DNA of 63,791 bases, filler included, from Chiloscyllium plagiosum (lineage: Eukaryota), in the NCBI RefSeq assembly GCF_004010195.1. It is 6 parts of 2 records of this genome, joined end to end, with 100 filler letters (N's around TTAATTAATTAA, not from the genome) between each part and the next. Parts side by side here need not be neighbours in the genome. Positions count along the whole stretch, not along the records: positions 62,130 to 63,791 come from NC_057713.1; 5 more parts are not named here. One strand, 5' to 3'. The notes under the pieces are model-generated. The model searched no databases. It was not told where the DNA came from and was given only the letters and a program-made list of their open reading frames with translations. Shown here piece by piece: positions 63,687 to 63,791 of the stretch. The position numbers and the translations under genes are program-made. The first letter of the stretch is position 1, and each line of letters opens with the position of its first letter.

Positions 63687-63791
63687 AGTTAAAAATCACA
63701 CAACACCAGGTTATAGTCCAACAGGTTTAATTGGAAGCACACTAGCTTTCGGAGCGACGCTCCTTCATCAGGTGATTGTGGAGGGCTCGAT
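63687..63791 (-). mobile_element. PLE 3' terminus, second family (runs off the window)
   Basis: Reverse complement of 11728-11832 with few differences. Confidence 0.7.
63740..63774 (-). ncRNA. Minimal hammerhead ribozyme motif, family B
   Basis: CAC-CUGAUGA-A-GGAGC(GUC)GCUCC-GAAA-GCUA-GUG; differs from the 11745 copy only at the free N7 position. Confidence 0.72.

Overview
Eukaryotic, repeat-saturated vertebrate DNA, inferred from its HE1/V-SINE-type SINEs and CR1/HER1-type LINEs to be a cartilaginous fish (shark). Two host genes lie on the minus strand. TJAP1 contributes its last two coding exons (61285-61202 and 60367-59042). An axonemal outer-arm dynein heavy chain most like DNAH8 contributes five short GT-AG exons that the ORF track misses (46733-46626, 46535-46434, 44032-43886, 33477-33324, 16244-16081). 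Most of the rest is decayed transposons: many CR1-type LINE fragments, one near-full-length 7.2 kb L1-clade element with nested insertions, about nine tRNA-derived SINEs, a Gypsy integrase remnant and several Penelope-like element (PLE) families. The most notable hidden structure is a set of about a dozen minimal hammerhead-ribozyme motifs (CUGANGA-A-stem II-GAAA-palindrome-NUH) in at least three sequence families. They sit at PLE ends and in tiny non-coding, often foldback PLE derivatives, several with ~13-bp target-site duplications. Five 100-bp N/TTAATTAATTAA/N blocks are artificial contig linkers, so long-range adjacency is not reliable. Family names come from recalled motifs, not database searches; most repeat boundaries are approximate.
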